Assembly (NCBI GenBank): GCA_018398765.1
Contig: JAHBMJ010000455.1
Location: 62,001-126,000, forward strand
Length of the DNA stretch: 64,000 nt
Reading direction: 5' to 3'
From: Chromera velia
Taxonomy: Eukaryota
Part shown: piece by piece, positions 48,199 through 61,523 of the stretch
Layout of the letters: each line of letters starts with the position of its first letter
Numbering within the stretch: the stretch's first letter is position 1
Notes under the pieces: generated by a model
Database searches by the model: none
Told to the model about the DNA's origin: nothing
Seen by the model: only the letters and a program-made list of their open reading frames with translations
Position numbers and translations under genes: made by a program

Positions 48199-51100
48199 AT
48201 GGCGGAGCGCATGTATGAGAGCAGCCCTTCGAGAGCTGACATCTCAGGCAACCCCAGGAAGTCCATCGATCCCAAGGCAAGGAAGCACGATGACGGAGGG
48301 GCGTGCTCATGCTGCCCCGCTCCAACAAGGGTCAGTTCGACTCACTGTGGGGGGGGATGTTTGAAAGTCACTCAGACTATGCGTATCCATCCACCTGGTT
48401 TCACTGCATGTATGTATCTGCAAAGGGCTTTTTCCTGAAAAAGAGGGAGGGTCTTTTTTTTTCGACTTCTTTTTCTCTTTGCCAGTCAGTCTGTCAATCT
48501 CTCTCTTTGCCACCCTCCATCTCCTCTTGCCTTTCTGATAGTGTATCTTTGTGTCTGTGCCTCTGCGCATGTACGTCGCTCGAGAGCCTCATTCATCTCT
48601 TTCAGCAAGGACTTGTCTTTGTTGCTCTGTGCATGTGTCGCAATCGCTTGAACAAGCGTCTACTGGTGACACGCGCACGCACACATACAGGCGCACAACT
48701 CCCATACGCATTCATGCCGGCTTTTGGAGAGAGAGAGTTTTCCTTCTTTGTCTGTGTGCTGGAGCTGAAAGTGTTACTGCACGGGAGGTCCCTTAATCTC
48801 CATATTATTCTCCTTTATACGAAACCACTTTCGCCCCTCCGTATATATGTGCAGGCGATGTGCAGGAAGATCGTCGAGAATGCCTGGGTGAGCGCCTTCA
48901 TGACTGCAGTGACAGTGTACGCCCTCTTTGGAGACGACATCAAATTGTGTGCAACCGACAAGGTCAGCAGAATAGAACAGAGAAGGAGAGGAAAAGAGGA
49001 TGCACAGAATGACTAAAAAGGGCCCTCTGTGTCTCGCTCCTATCCATATTTTTGTGTGATGCTGACTCAACAAAACGATGGAGGACATGTCGTGAAAGAC
49101 AGCAGAAAAGATATGAATTTCGGTAGTCGGGCGGAAAGAATGATGGTTTTTCTTTCTTTGTTTCTTTCTTTCTTTGTTTCTTTCTTTATTTCTTTATTTA
49201 TTTATTTATTTATTTATTTATTGCATGCAGAGTGCGGACATTTACTTCAACATCGTGAACATCGTGGCTCTGTTCTTCTTCTCTCTGGAGATTGTCCTCT
49301 CGTCGATCGGGAAGGAGGATTATTTCGGGAAGTTCTTCTTCTGGCTGGACGTGATCTCGACAGCCTCTCTGATCTTCGACATCACCTGGGTGTGGGATCC
49401 TATCCAGTCGTCCTTCTCGGGAGGGAGTGCTGCCACAGACACCTCCCAGATTGCAAGAGCAGGGCGAGCAGGGAGAGCAGGGTCGAGAGCAGGACGTGTG
49501 ATTCGAATCGTGCGGGTCGTGCGTCTCATCCGTATCGCAAAGGTAGGGCGGGGGCCTTCTATGTGGCTTCTGCTTCTTTACAGAATTTCCCTTGTGTCAT
49601 TCTGATTTTCTGGCAAATTGAAGGTCCACCGGCGTGTCTATTTGTCTGTCTCCAGGTGAGTATGTGTATGAAAAGTGTGGTCCCGTCTCATACCCTAGAG
49701 AGCATCCGAAGGTGCAGTCTGTCTCTGTTTTTGTTGACGGGAGAGCTCTGTAGTCACCGTGTGTTTGTCTGTATCTGTGTGTGCGTATCGCAGCTGTACA
49801 AGCACGCAGTGGAGACAACTGAGAGAGAACGACACGACACCGTCCTTCCAGGAGAGCTGTTGGACACACCGGACGAAGAGGGACCCGCACACAGCCCCCC
49901 CGATGTGGAGGAGGAGAAAGGTGTGTGCATGCGTGCGTCGTCATGCAAATCGGCAAGGCAGTTCTGCCGGAGATCATTGGTGATAAACACAAAATAAACG
50001 CGTTTTCCCAGTGGAAACGTGCGAAGAAGAGTGAAGGGCAAAACCGATCTACCCGAGAAGAGGGGGTCCTTCGTCACCAGTGCATATGTCGTGTAGCCGT
50101 TCTGGATACAAACAACAAAGATTGCATATTGTGATAAGTGAGTTCAATTTTGAATGGAAATTTGCGGCTGAAGAGGATGGGATTCTTTTTCGGAAACAGG
50201 TGCAGAAGGGAGTTGAGTTAGGGCACACGGAAGTTCTCTTTCGAGAGGACTCTTTTTACAGGGTGGAGATGTCAGCACCAGAGATGTTTGCCTTTGCATA
50301 TCAAATGCCGAGTCGTATCAGAATCAAATCCCCCTGTGCTTTCTTTTACATTTCTGAAGCTGTTTGAGTGGCTCGACTGATATATCTGCAGAGGAAAACG
50401 CAGAGGAGGGAATGGAGCCTGAGTCCCGAGTCGGAAAGAAACTCTCCGAACTGACCACTCGCCGTGTGATTATCCTCGTCCTCGTCATGCTCCTGGCCAT
50501 TCCTCTGCTGGACGAGACGCAGTGGGTGGACAATCCCCCTGTCGGACAGTACGGAATTCTCAACATTGCAGAGTCAGTCAGTCAGTAAGTGAGTCAGCAT
50601 GGACATGAGTAAGTGTTTGTCTGAAATCAATCATATCATGAATGGATTGACTGGATGCACTCTGTCTGTCTGTCTTAATGGGATGGATGTCGAGGCCTTC
50701 AAGATCTTTCAAACACTCACTCTCTCTTTCCCATTTGCAGATTTGCGGAGGCCTACGGACAGGCCACAACAAGCGGTGTCTCCTCGTTCCAGGTCGACGC
50801 TGCTGTGTACAAGCAGGGGTACGACTTCTCAATACTCACGTTCTTACAATACCACGTCCAGGTCCGTCCCTGTCTTGACTGTTGTTTCCGTTCGCACTGT
50901 TGGTTTTTTCTTTACTCCGTGGTCTCGGTCTGTTGTGCCAGTGCACACACTTCTGAGAAGGACTGCAATACATTTGCTGGAACCCCGCATTCCTTAGGTT
51001 CACACAGACTCCATGCAGATTTTCTTAACTGCCGCTTCAATGTATCTCTTGTTCTCTCTCCACCTTGAAGTGCGTGCATGCGTGTGTGCTCACGGATGTT

Positions 51101-54100
51101 TGTTGTGCTTGAGTAAATTTGTATGACAGCCTCCCTGCCTTCAGTCGAGTGATAAATGTTAAGAATCGCAGCCAAGTTACTCAGCAAAGCAGCGGAAAAA
51201 AGGAGGCACTCATGGTAGAAGCGGGGGCTTGTGGACATCCTGTTTCGCCCTGCCCACACAATTTCTTTCTCGTGCCAGAGTACTTGTGTGGCTCGCCGCT
51301 GGATTAGGAGTGCTTGGAGTCCGGACGGAACTTCACATTGATGGGAAGCTTTAGGATTAGTTTCTGGTTTTGAATGTAAAATGGCTCCCTCCTCTTCTTC
51401 ACTGATTGACTGCAGGGGAATCCCCAAGGTCTGAACAACTATTTGATTTACATACGGATGCCCTACTCGTTGTCTCTATCGGAAGACGCCATCAGAGAAT
51501 ACGCAACGCGAAACAATATGATCACGTCAGTTTGGAAGAATCCGAGGGGAGGCTGAGTGACAGACAGCGGGGCGGACAGATTTCTGTCTTCAGTAGATGC
51601 AGCGGGGAGAAGAGGCTGAAACATACGTAGACTTCAGAGATGAAGGGGAGGGCAGGGAGAATATGCAAGAACTCGACACGTGTGGTGTCTACCTCTCCAT
51701 GTAATCGTTTGCGTGATTATCTAGACATCCACGTACATAAGCCTGCACGTTCACTTGCAATTGATGCGTGTCTGCCTGTCTGCCTGCAGAGACGCGATTG
51801 TGAACCTGAAGAGCGAAGACCTCCTTGACCCCGGAGTTGTCGTCAATCCTGCAGGGACAGTGCCGGGTGATCTGAGGACTGCAGAGAAGAGCACGGTTGA
51901 ATTTGAGGTCAGTCACTCAGAGAGAAGGGAGGGGGGGTGGGAGGGGAACAGCCAGCAAGAGAGGAAGAGAGGAGAGAGGCCTGGAAGACCTCTCAAAGGT
52001 TTATGTAGACCAAAAGTGGGGTCTGAAAGAAAGTCTGCTTCCGTCTTGTCACACTGAATTGGAGTAAAAGCAAACAAAAAGGCTAAAAAGAAGTTGATAA
52101 CGCTTGAACGCAATGATCCTGAATTGAATTCCTGCATGCATGCATACATGCAGGTATGTGAGGACTTCATTCCCCCCACAGAGCAGTGCTCCAACTCTGC
52201 CCAGAGGCCCATCCTGGCAGTCTTCACCTTGAGGTACGAGGTCGTGATGGGGGCTGCCCTGAACATTGCCAAAACGGTCTTCATCTGCCTCGTGCTTGCA
52301 CTGGGGGCTCTGTTCTTCTCGAAGGACGCCAACGAGCTGGTGCTCAACCCTATCGAGAGAATGATTGCAAAGGTCGGCCGGGCAGGCAGGCAGGCAGGCG
52401 AGCAGGCAGGCTGGCAGGGAGAACAAGAAGATGGGACAGGCCGGAGAGGAAAAATGGACACAGACAGACCGATGGACAGATACACAGAGAGGATCGGAGG
52501 TTCAGATTGGCAGTCTAATCAGAAAATAGGTTTGGTCACTGCAAGCCGATGGACCATTCATTGTGTGACATACTTTTCGGCAAACGCTGAAATAAAAACC
52601 GCACAAAAGGCATAGCAAACCAGCCGGCCTTCTGAAACATACGCAGAGCGTGGAGGGCACACACCCTCGACACCAAAACTGTGACTTTTTTTTTTTTTTG
52701 AAATGAAAGCATTGTTTCTTGTCTGCCTGCCTGCAGGTGGAGAAAATTCGACAAAATCCGATGGTGGCGGCAAAGCTGGGTGAGAAGGAAGCAGAGGAGG
52801 CAGAAAAAGTAAGTGAGTGAGCCAGTAGGTGAGTGGATCACTCGCTTGGTCGATTTTTGCTTTTCAGGCTTCTTTTTTGGTCCCACACAATTCTGTGGTT
52901 TGGGTTTGTTTGATTGTCGGTTTGATGCATTCCTCCTGCAGAGTACTCCGTTGGCTTGTTCGCTTTTTCTGTAGAAGGGAGAATATATCCTTCGACAGCC
53001 TCCACCCGGTTTTCGTCCACTTGCTTCTTCTTTTCTTCTCTTTCCATTTTTTGCATCATTTCTCTGGCTGTACCCCTTTGGAAAGCTCTCGCGAGGGAAG
53101 CCTTCAATCGCCCCGGCCCCTTTCTGATGTGCCCTTAATTCTCTGCAGGACCCCGAAGAGCCAAAGTCTGGAGTCGCCCGTTACAGCCGTGCAGTGACAG
53201 AGAACATCACCAGGTACAGATTCAACAAGAACAAGAACAACAAAAAGAAAAAGGGACCAGACCCGTACGAGACCCTCATCCTCGAGAAGACTATCATCAA
53301 AATTGGAGGTCTGTCACCCTGTGCCTCAGATGAGCCGGCAGGGTAGGAATGCGAAAGAATCTGGTGGGCCGGCAAGATTCCGTGCATTTACAGACAGGAC
53401 TTAGCGCAGCATCAGAGTTCTTTGTCAGTGACCTTTGAACAGCCTTTGGAAGGCTCATTTCTCAGCTCGAAATTGCGCACATTTGTACCCACAAAATTCA
53501 CCTGATGCTTCTTTGTTCTGACAGGGCTGCTGGCCCTCGGGTTCGGAGAAGCAGGTGGTGAGATCATCGCGAACAACATGAAGAACTCAGACGGAGGATT
53601 GAACGCCATGGTAGCAGGACGAAAGGTAAGAAAGAAGGCTTAGATGAACGGGAGGGATCGAAGGCAGTCTCGTTCTGTGACGGTACAAACCTTTCACTTT
53701 GGAACTTGCCCAGAGTCGAAAAGTATCCTCTAACTTTTTGAATAGCGTGGATACTGCGGCAGAATTCAGATTTACTGATGAGCAGCGGGGTCGAAAGGAT
53801 TGACACCAACCAGCTTCATTGAACATCATAACGCACGATTTTGTTCTATTCGGTCTGTCTGTCTGTCTGCAGATCCAAGCGATTTTCGGATTCTGCGACA
53901 TTCGTCAGTTCACAGATGCGACAGAGGTGCTCAGGGAGAATGTGATGATGTTCGTCAACCAGGTCTGTCAAACAGTCAGAGAGACAGACGAACTCTATCG
54001 TTCTCAGTTTTCTTCCAGACAAAAGGAAAAACAGACAAACAGATAGACAGATAGACAGACAGACAGACAGACAGATAGACAGACAGGGATAGTGAGGAGG

Positions 54101-54400
54101 CAAGCCTGACAGAGGAGTTTGGTTTCAGAACCCTAGAGCATTACTCCCTTCCCCTCCTTTTCCGCAGCATGCTGGCTGCTTGAGGTGCGCGACGCACATG
54201 TCGTCATCATTGAGACTGATGAATTGTTCTTTTTGCAGATCGCTGAGATTGTGCACTCTATTGTCGACACTTTCTCTGGAGCAGCCAACAAGAACATCGG
54301 AGATGCGTTTCTGCTCGTCTGGCGATTTCCCGAGAAAGACAGGAACATGGAGGTCAAAGAGCAGACAGAGGACGCGGCCATCAAGGCAAAGGTCTGTCTT

Positions 54401-54455
<55 letters not shown>

Positions 54456-55363
54456 GTCTGTCTACATGTCTGTAGGACAAGAGGCTTGCGGGGGTCTTCT
54501 ACTGTAAAGGCAAGAGCCGAACGCCTTTCTTGTGCATTTTTCAATGACCAGAAAAACAAAATGAGAAAGGAGTAGCTGAAAGAAAAACCTCAGATGCGGG
54601 CAGAAAAAAAGAGAAACGGCGCGAGGAGGGCATGTAGAAACTTGATGATATTACATCGCTACGGTGTCTATATGCATGCTGAGACTCGAATCTGTGAGCG
54701 TGTTTGTATCTGCAGCTGGCTGACATGTCGGTGATGGCCTTCCTGAAGATTATGGCAGCCATCAACAGATCCTCTGTCCTTGCACAGGTATGGATGGGTT
54801 ACGTCTCTTCATGGATATAATTTTTGGCTTCTGTCGTTTTCTCTGGCGTACGATTATTAATGAAGGCCTCTTTATGTGGCCGTGTGATTTTTTCCAACGA
54901 GTCATTTCATTCACCTCTCCCACCTGAATTCCTCTCCTTGTCCTTCTTTCCTCGTGGAATGGTTTCCTGTACAGGATTTCGCACACATCTCCAAGTTTTG
55001 TCTCCTTTTTGTTGGTTCTCTACTTCCTTCCTGTCTCTTAATTGTCTCCTCGCAGTACCGCACGAACAAAGCCCTGTGTAACCGCATCCCGAACTACAAG
55101 GTGAAGATGGGATTCGGTCTCCATGTCGGGTGGGCAATCGAGGGGGCGATCGGGTCGAAGTTCAAAGTGGATGCGTCGTATCTGTCTCCAAATGTCAACA
55201 TGGCGTCTCGGTCAGTCAGTCAGTCAGTCAGTCAGTCAGTCAGTAGCATCCGTTCTCTCTGACTTTTGTTTATTCAATTCGTTCTTTGTTGTGCTTCTTC
55301 CTTTCTTTCTTTCTTTATTTATTTATTTATTTATTTCTTTATTTCTTTCTTTCTTTTTTTTTT

Positions 55364-55437
<74 letters not shown>

Positions 55438-56508
55438 CTTTCTGTTTGTTTGTTTCTTTTCTTCTTCTTTTTCTCAGGGAGTCGATGGGTCTTTTCTTTT
55501 GGAAGTTTTTCAGTGGCCACGCGTTTTCTCTCTTCCTTTGTCGCTCTTTCTCCCTCCCCTTGTTTCTCCCCTCTCCCTGGGCCTCTACGTACGTGCCAGC
55601 TTCTCTCTGTGGCTGTGCTTTATACAAGCCCCATACACTGCACACACACCCCTTTCGATCTGTCCGTCCCTCCCTGCATGTATCCATGCAGTCTGGAGGC
55701 TGCCACAAAACAATTCGGAGTCCCTCTTCTGATCTCCGGAGCCCTGTTTGACATCTTCACCCCCCAGACACAAAAGCACTGCCGTCAAATCGACTGCGTG
55801 ACGGTGAAGGGATCCAATGAGCCCATGCCCCTATTGACAATTGACGTGAGGACAGACCATCTGAATATTAAAGAACCTGGACCGCAAGTCAGTCTCTCTC
55901 TCTCTCTCTCTCTCTGTGTGGGGGGGGGNNNNNNNNNNNNNNGGGGGGGTTACAGTTGCCCTACCTGTATCGCTGCAATAGACTTTGACGCACATTGACC
56001 CCGTAGTCCTTGCTCTACCTTCATGTCTTGCTGTTTCGCCCGGCTTATCTTACGAAATCAACTGAGCGAAAAAAACAAAGCGACGCCTCGCATTCCCTGC
56101 AAAAGGACATACAACCAAAATTCCTTCAAAATGGTAGGACGTCTCTATTTGCGTCTGTCTGTTTTGATGAGAGTCTTTGGCGTCCATCTCCCTCTGTGGT
56201 GTGCATGAATGAATGAATGAATGAATGAATGAATGCGTGTCCTGCTATCCTAATTCTTGAGTGCCTGCAGGGAAGGCATGCTAAGGCTCATGAAAGGCAG
56301 CTGAGAGAGATCGAGAAGACCCGCATGTGGTCTCACAGGTCGGCATGCAGGCACTTGCTTCTCTGTCCTCCTTGCCTGTCCTCTCCTTCCTTTCCTTGCC
56401 TGTCCTGTCCTTCCTTTCCTTTCCTTTCCTTTCTTTTCCACGCCTCCTTCTTTCGCTTCCTATTTCTTTCTTTCTTTCTTTCTTTCGTTCTATCTTTCTT
56501 TCTTTCTT

Positions 56509-56544
<36 letters not shown>

Positions 56545-57241
56545 GTCTTTTCTTTTCTTTTCTTTCTTTCTTTCTTTCTTTCTTTTTTCCCTTCGTTTTT
56601 CAGTCTGATGTCCTTCTCTGTTCTCTTGTTATGTGATCGCTGTTGAAAACAGTCAACTCATACACAACTCATAATGAAGAAATGATCATGATTTTCGTCA
56701 AGGCCTCTGCTTTTTTGGCTGCTTGCCTGACCGTCTGGTTTCTGTATTCGTTCCTTTGTATGCTTGTCTGGCTTCCGATTTTTCTTCTATTCCTTCTTTC
56801 CTAGCTTCCTCTTGCCGGCCTGACTTGCAGGTTCTCTGTTTACTCGATGTTCGACTCGGACCCTGATCTGATTGAGATGAGGGAACATGTGACTGAAGTA
56901 AGTCAGCAGCTGATTATGCTGCAAGGGGAGGGTCTGAAGCTTGCAAGTTTCGCTGCGTCTACTTGTTGAAGGGGCTCGCCCACTTTTGCATGTTTTCGAC
57001 GGTTCTATCTTTCCTGGTCACGTGGCATCTCTTGGTGGAAGAATAACGAAAATGAAAGACAGAGCGGGGACCCATGTTGTGGTGTTTCTGTCTGTTTTCT
57101 TTGTCACACACGAAAACCGCCAGAGTCCTTCGAATGAAATCTGAACAGGGCATAGCAGTCGCCTCTCTTGGAGTCTGGAAGAATTTAAGTGCAGAGCCGC
57201 AGGAATCAAAAAGATTCACTCTGGCTCTGTACGTATGGTGA

Positions 57242-57279
<38 letters not shown>

Positions 57280-57493
57280 TGTCTGTCTGCAGAAATTCAT
57301 GAGCACCTTCCGTAAAGGATACGCCCTGTACGAGGCGGGAGAGTGGCAGCAGGCCCGCGACGTACTTGAGAAGGCCAAGAAGATGCTCGAGGAGGAGGAC
57401 GGTCCCTCCTGCACGCTGCTGGACTACATGGAGACCTTCCAGTTCCAGGCACCGGGGGCGTGGGAGGGCTTCAGAGCTTTGACTGAGAAGTAA
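48199..57493 (+). CDS. ACalpha: Adenylyl cyclase alpha type: voltage-sensor/K+-channel-like N-terminus, class III cyclase and TPR-like tail; 20 exons, about 920 aa. Exons 48199-48330, 48855-48962, 49231-49542, 49794-49920, 50392-50572, 50741-50861, 51416-51525, 51790-51907, 52154-52372, 52737-52808, 53149-53308, 53525-53625, 53873-53962, 54239-54391, 54716-54787, 55056-55210, 55692-55887, 56271-56338, 56831-56897, 57293-57493
   Basis: All 19 GT-AG introns are phase-consistent (2763 nt total). S4-like ARAGRAGRAGSRAGRVIRIVRVVRLIRIAKL, ESRVGKKLSELTTRRV, pore-like LLALGFGEAG, catalytic FCDIRQFT, NKNIGDAF, FGLHVGWAIEGAIGS, KVDASYLSPNVNMASRLE and VKG, and C-terminal WEGFRALTEK. Confidence 0.93.
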
Positions 57494-58741
57494 ACTGAGA
57501 AGCAAGGAAGGGAGGAATGGGGGGAAGGAGGGAGGGATGGGACCGGGGGGAATCGCAGAAGAGAAAGAACGAATCGAGGGGAAAGGATCGGACTGTACAA
57601 GACAAAGGGTTGAGAGTTGCAACAAGAGGGAGACGGTCGACCAACAAATGACCGGAAGGGAAGAAGAAGAGCACGGGGGGGAGGGGGAGGATGAGGTCAA
57701 AGGGAAGGAAGAAGTAAGAGGGATAGAGAAAGCCCCCATCCCCTGTAAAATTCAGGAAAGAGTTTTGCCTTCCTGTCTACGGACAAACAGGCGGATGGAG
57801 ACGTCGAAGGAGGGTAAAGGTCGGATGAGGGAAATCAATTTTATTCAGAGATGGCTCAGAATCGTGCCCACAAAGAGAAGACAGGTGAAGGGTGAAAGGG
57901 TAAGAGAGAGATGAAAAATTTGGAGGAGGGTAAGGGCATAAAAACGCTGCATGTGGCTCCCACCGATCGTCTTTCATGATTTGCCTGTCTGTGTGGGCAC
58001 AGTCAGAGGATTAAGTCTTTCAAGGATCAATGTATCACAACAAGAGCAGAAAGGAGAACGTTTGAAGTTTGCTTCATTTTTTCCTGGAGCTTTCATACTT
58101 TTTGCCCTTTCAATTCAACAAGCACAATATGTGTATCATATGATGCCAACAAATCTAATGTCAGCTATTCTATTCTATTCTGCACACCAATCTGTCAGTT
58201 GAATGTGATGGCATATTACATGGAAGCACTTCTTTTTAAATTGTGTTGAACAGTAATATGTATGATGCTGATTCGTTTAATTTGGTTAAATAAAGCCCAA
58301 GCGGAAGCTGACCTGGCTAGCCGGACTAGCCAGGTTTAGCCTCGACTGCTTCAATTCAATCTAATTGTTGTTACGTTGAATATCATGTATCAACACTAAT
58401 ATCAGTCTAATGACTATCATTGGTATTAGATACTACTCAGTACGGTATTACACTGATATAGTTTAGCTAGTAGTTTAGGATATCATGCTTAGTAGTAGAG
58501 TGTTACTGGCAGTTATATAATCACTACTAGTAGTGTAATACAGCTGCTATATTACAGCAAATACTACACTAAACTTAACAACTTTAAATATTATAGTTAG
58601 TATTAATCATGATATTATCCTAGATAATATTCCTTTTTTAAAGATTTTTTCTATCGTAGTTTTGTTTATGAAAGTGAATAACTTTATTTGAATATAACTG
58701 CTTCTAACATAATTGTTTTACATAACTTGTTAGAGTATTTA

Positions 58742-59538
58742 CACTGGAATTATAGTGTGTCACAATGAGAATTTCCAGAACCTTTTGTGTCACAATGATT
58801 TCTAACACAATAATTGTGATTTTAGAGCTTTTGACTGATTCAATTAAATCACCGTGACACTTATGTATGAAAAAATAGTTATAGATCGCATGTTTGCTGT
58901 GTTTGGCGCGGCTTGGCGCGCGTTGGGGGGCAGCGTTACAGCTGCTGAGGGCTGTGCGGACCGGCTCCGTATGGGCTCTACGTATGAGTATGCGGATCTT
59001 GTATGCATGCCCCCGCAAGGGAGATGGCTATGCGTGGAGGACTCGTGTAAGCTGTACTAGCTAAGTCATGTCCCGTTTTATTATAGACTCTCAGCATCTC
59101 CCTTAAGATTGCAACACTCCCGAGCAACAGTTTGTTCCTGAACGGCTGCGCGGTCGATCCTTCCTCTTCCTCCTCATCATCTGCAGCAGCGATCGTACAG
59201 CCCTCAAGGGGGTAAGGCGGAAGGGGGGGGGGTAGAAGCAAGGGAAGGAGGGGGGCATCTGATCGGAGCAGTGACAATATCTTTAAGAGAATGATGTCCA
59301 CTGCTAATAAAGGGGGTGGCAGCGTATTGGCCGCTTCCAGAGGACGCTCGGGCCACAGGGGGGGGCTCTCAGGAGCGTTGGCTGCGCAGTCTCTGAGCTT
59401 CAATTTTTTTCTGACATTTTTATCACACCTAAGTTACTCTAACTATTTCATCACACCTATTGTGACACAATTATTTGTGTCACTGGTACTAGTGTATAGG
59501 TATTGTGTCACACACAGTGTCATACTATAGTTTCAGTG
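58742..59538. mobile_element. CACTG-terminated (CACTA/EnSpm-like) non-autonomous element
   Basis: TIR CACTGGAATTATAGTGTG...CATACTATAGTTTCAGTG. TA on both sides. TGTGTCACA subterminal repeats at both ends. Confidence 0.75.
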
Positions 59539-59890
59539 TAAGAGTATTAAAACTGATATGAACTAGGATATAAAAGGAGGTGAAGTAGATGGTTCAAACC
59601 TAAGTTCATTCTAATGATGAATCTACTCTAAATTCTTATCTTGAATTAGTATTTATTCAGCTCATAAATTTAAATTAATCTGCCCTAGTCTAAATATCAT
59701 TAACAAAACATCTTTCTCGACATCTTTGCAAGCTAATGCTGGGGACAGTCACAGTAGTAGTAGCCTAAAGTAGGAGCCTGCGGCCTGGAGTTAAGCTTCA
59801 AACCTGGCTTTAAAAAGACGTGATGCACACCGTGACAGCTTCTATCTGACATTTGAATTCTCAAATTCAGAATCTCAGTCTTGGAATCTT

Positions 59891-61487
59891 TCAGCCTCCT
59901 CCTTGACTACCGAGAAGGGGAAAACTGGCCACAAGCTTCCAGCTGGAGACATCCGAGAGATCTGCCGTGACAACATCGAGTGTTTTCACCTTCCAGCGTC
60001 TCCCTTTGACTCTCAGAGGACACTCATCTGATGATGAGACTGAGTTCAGCTTCTCGGCCCACGCCCTCTTCATTTCCATCGCCAAGTCTCCATAAACAAG
60101 GCTCAAGTGAGGCATATACGATTCGTTCGGCCCTTTATACTCCTCTTTCTTGTCCACATACAATCGCTTGACAAGCTCCAAGTGTACAGCTTCCGCAGCG
60201 TCCCCACCCCCCCCTGGCGACACTCCCGCATAGACACACTGAAAAAACTGCTCCCCTGCCACGGCGTCCCCTGTCTCCAACTCGAAGGGCGCGCTGAGCG
60301 CCGCTACTGCCTCGACTGTCCGAAGAAGCTCTGAATTCGATACGTGAGGAACCCTGCCGATCTGCACACATGCACAGGAAGGCGGAACGACTCCTTTTCT
60401 TGTCATGTATCTGACAGACACTCACTTGCACAGAATCACAGAGACACAGACGGACACACTAACAGGAGGAACCCTGCACAGAAAGGCAGGGAGGCGTAGA
60501 GGCAACTAAACACGCAGGGGGCAGACTGACAGGTAGGCAGGCAGGGGAAAGATGGGGAGATAATGGGGAAAGGCAAGCTCGAGTAATGAATTGAAAGTGT
60601 AAGTGTGCGTAAAAACAGGTGTAAGTGACTAGGCAAAGAACATCTGGTATGATGCCCTTTGTTTGGTCCTCCACAGGGGCAAGGGCGAAAGGCACAGTGA
60701 ACATTGTGAAGCAGACATGCACATGAGCATGCAGACAGATGGATAATTAAGTCTTAGCCTTCCTTGTGTCTATCAACTCATTCATTCATCCATCCATTCG
60801 TTCGTTCATTCATCTTTTTCTTCTCTTTCTTATTTCGCATTTTCTCTTCTTCTCTTCCTTCTTTGCTTCCTCAATTCTCTCCTGTCGATCTTTCTTTCTT
60901 TCTTTCTTTCTTTCCTTCCTTCCCTCCTTCCTTCCTTCCTTCCTTCTTTCCTTCTCCCTGTCCCTTTGTTTGTTTGTTTCTTACACTGTCTGTCTCCACA
61001 CATTTCTTTCTCTGGTTTTCTCTTCTCATTCTCGCCCCCCCCCCCTTCTTGCCCGCCCCCAGCTTTCTGTCTCCCATAGTGACTGACTCGGTTTCCTTCT
61101 CACCTACTTCCTTCTCGTCAGTCTTTGACATATTTCTTTATCGATATGTTTATCTCCCTTTTTCTTTTCATGTACACAAAAGACAAAGACAAGCAGGTAG
61201 GCAGACAAAAGACACAGACAGGCACCCAGGGAGACAGTCTTGGAGACAGGCAGGGAGATAAACGGAGCTTGATTATCCTTCTTGCCTCTCTCATAGTCTC
61301 TATCCTCTTTTTTTCTTTGGACGGACCCGCCAGAGAAGGAAGGAAGGAAGGAAGGAAGGAAGGAAGGAAGGAAGGAAGGAAGAAAAAAACCAACCAACCA
61401 ACAAACAAGCAAAAAAACAAACACACAAAGAAATAGAAAAAGAAACACACGCACACAAGCACACACGTACACACGTGCGCGCGCACG

Positions 61488-61523
<36 letters not shown>

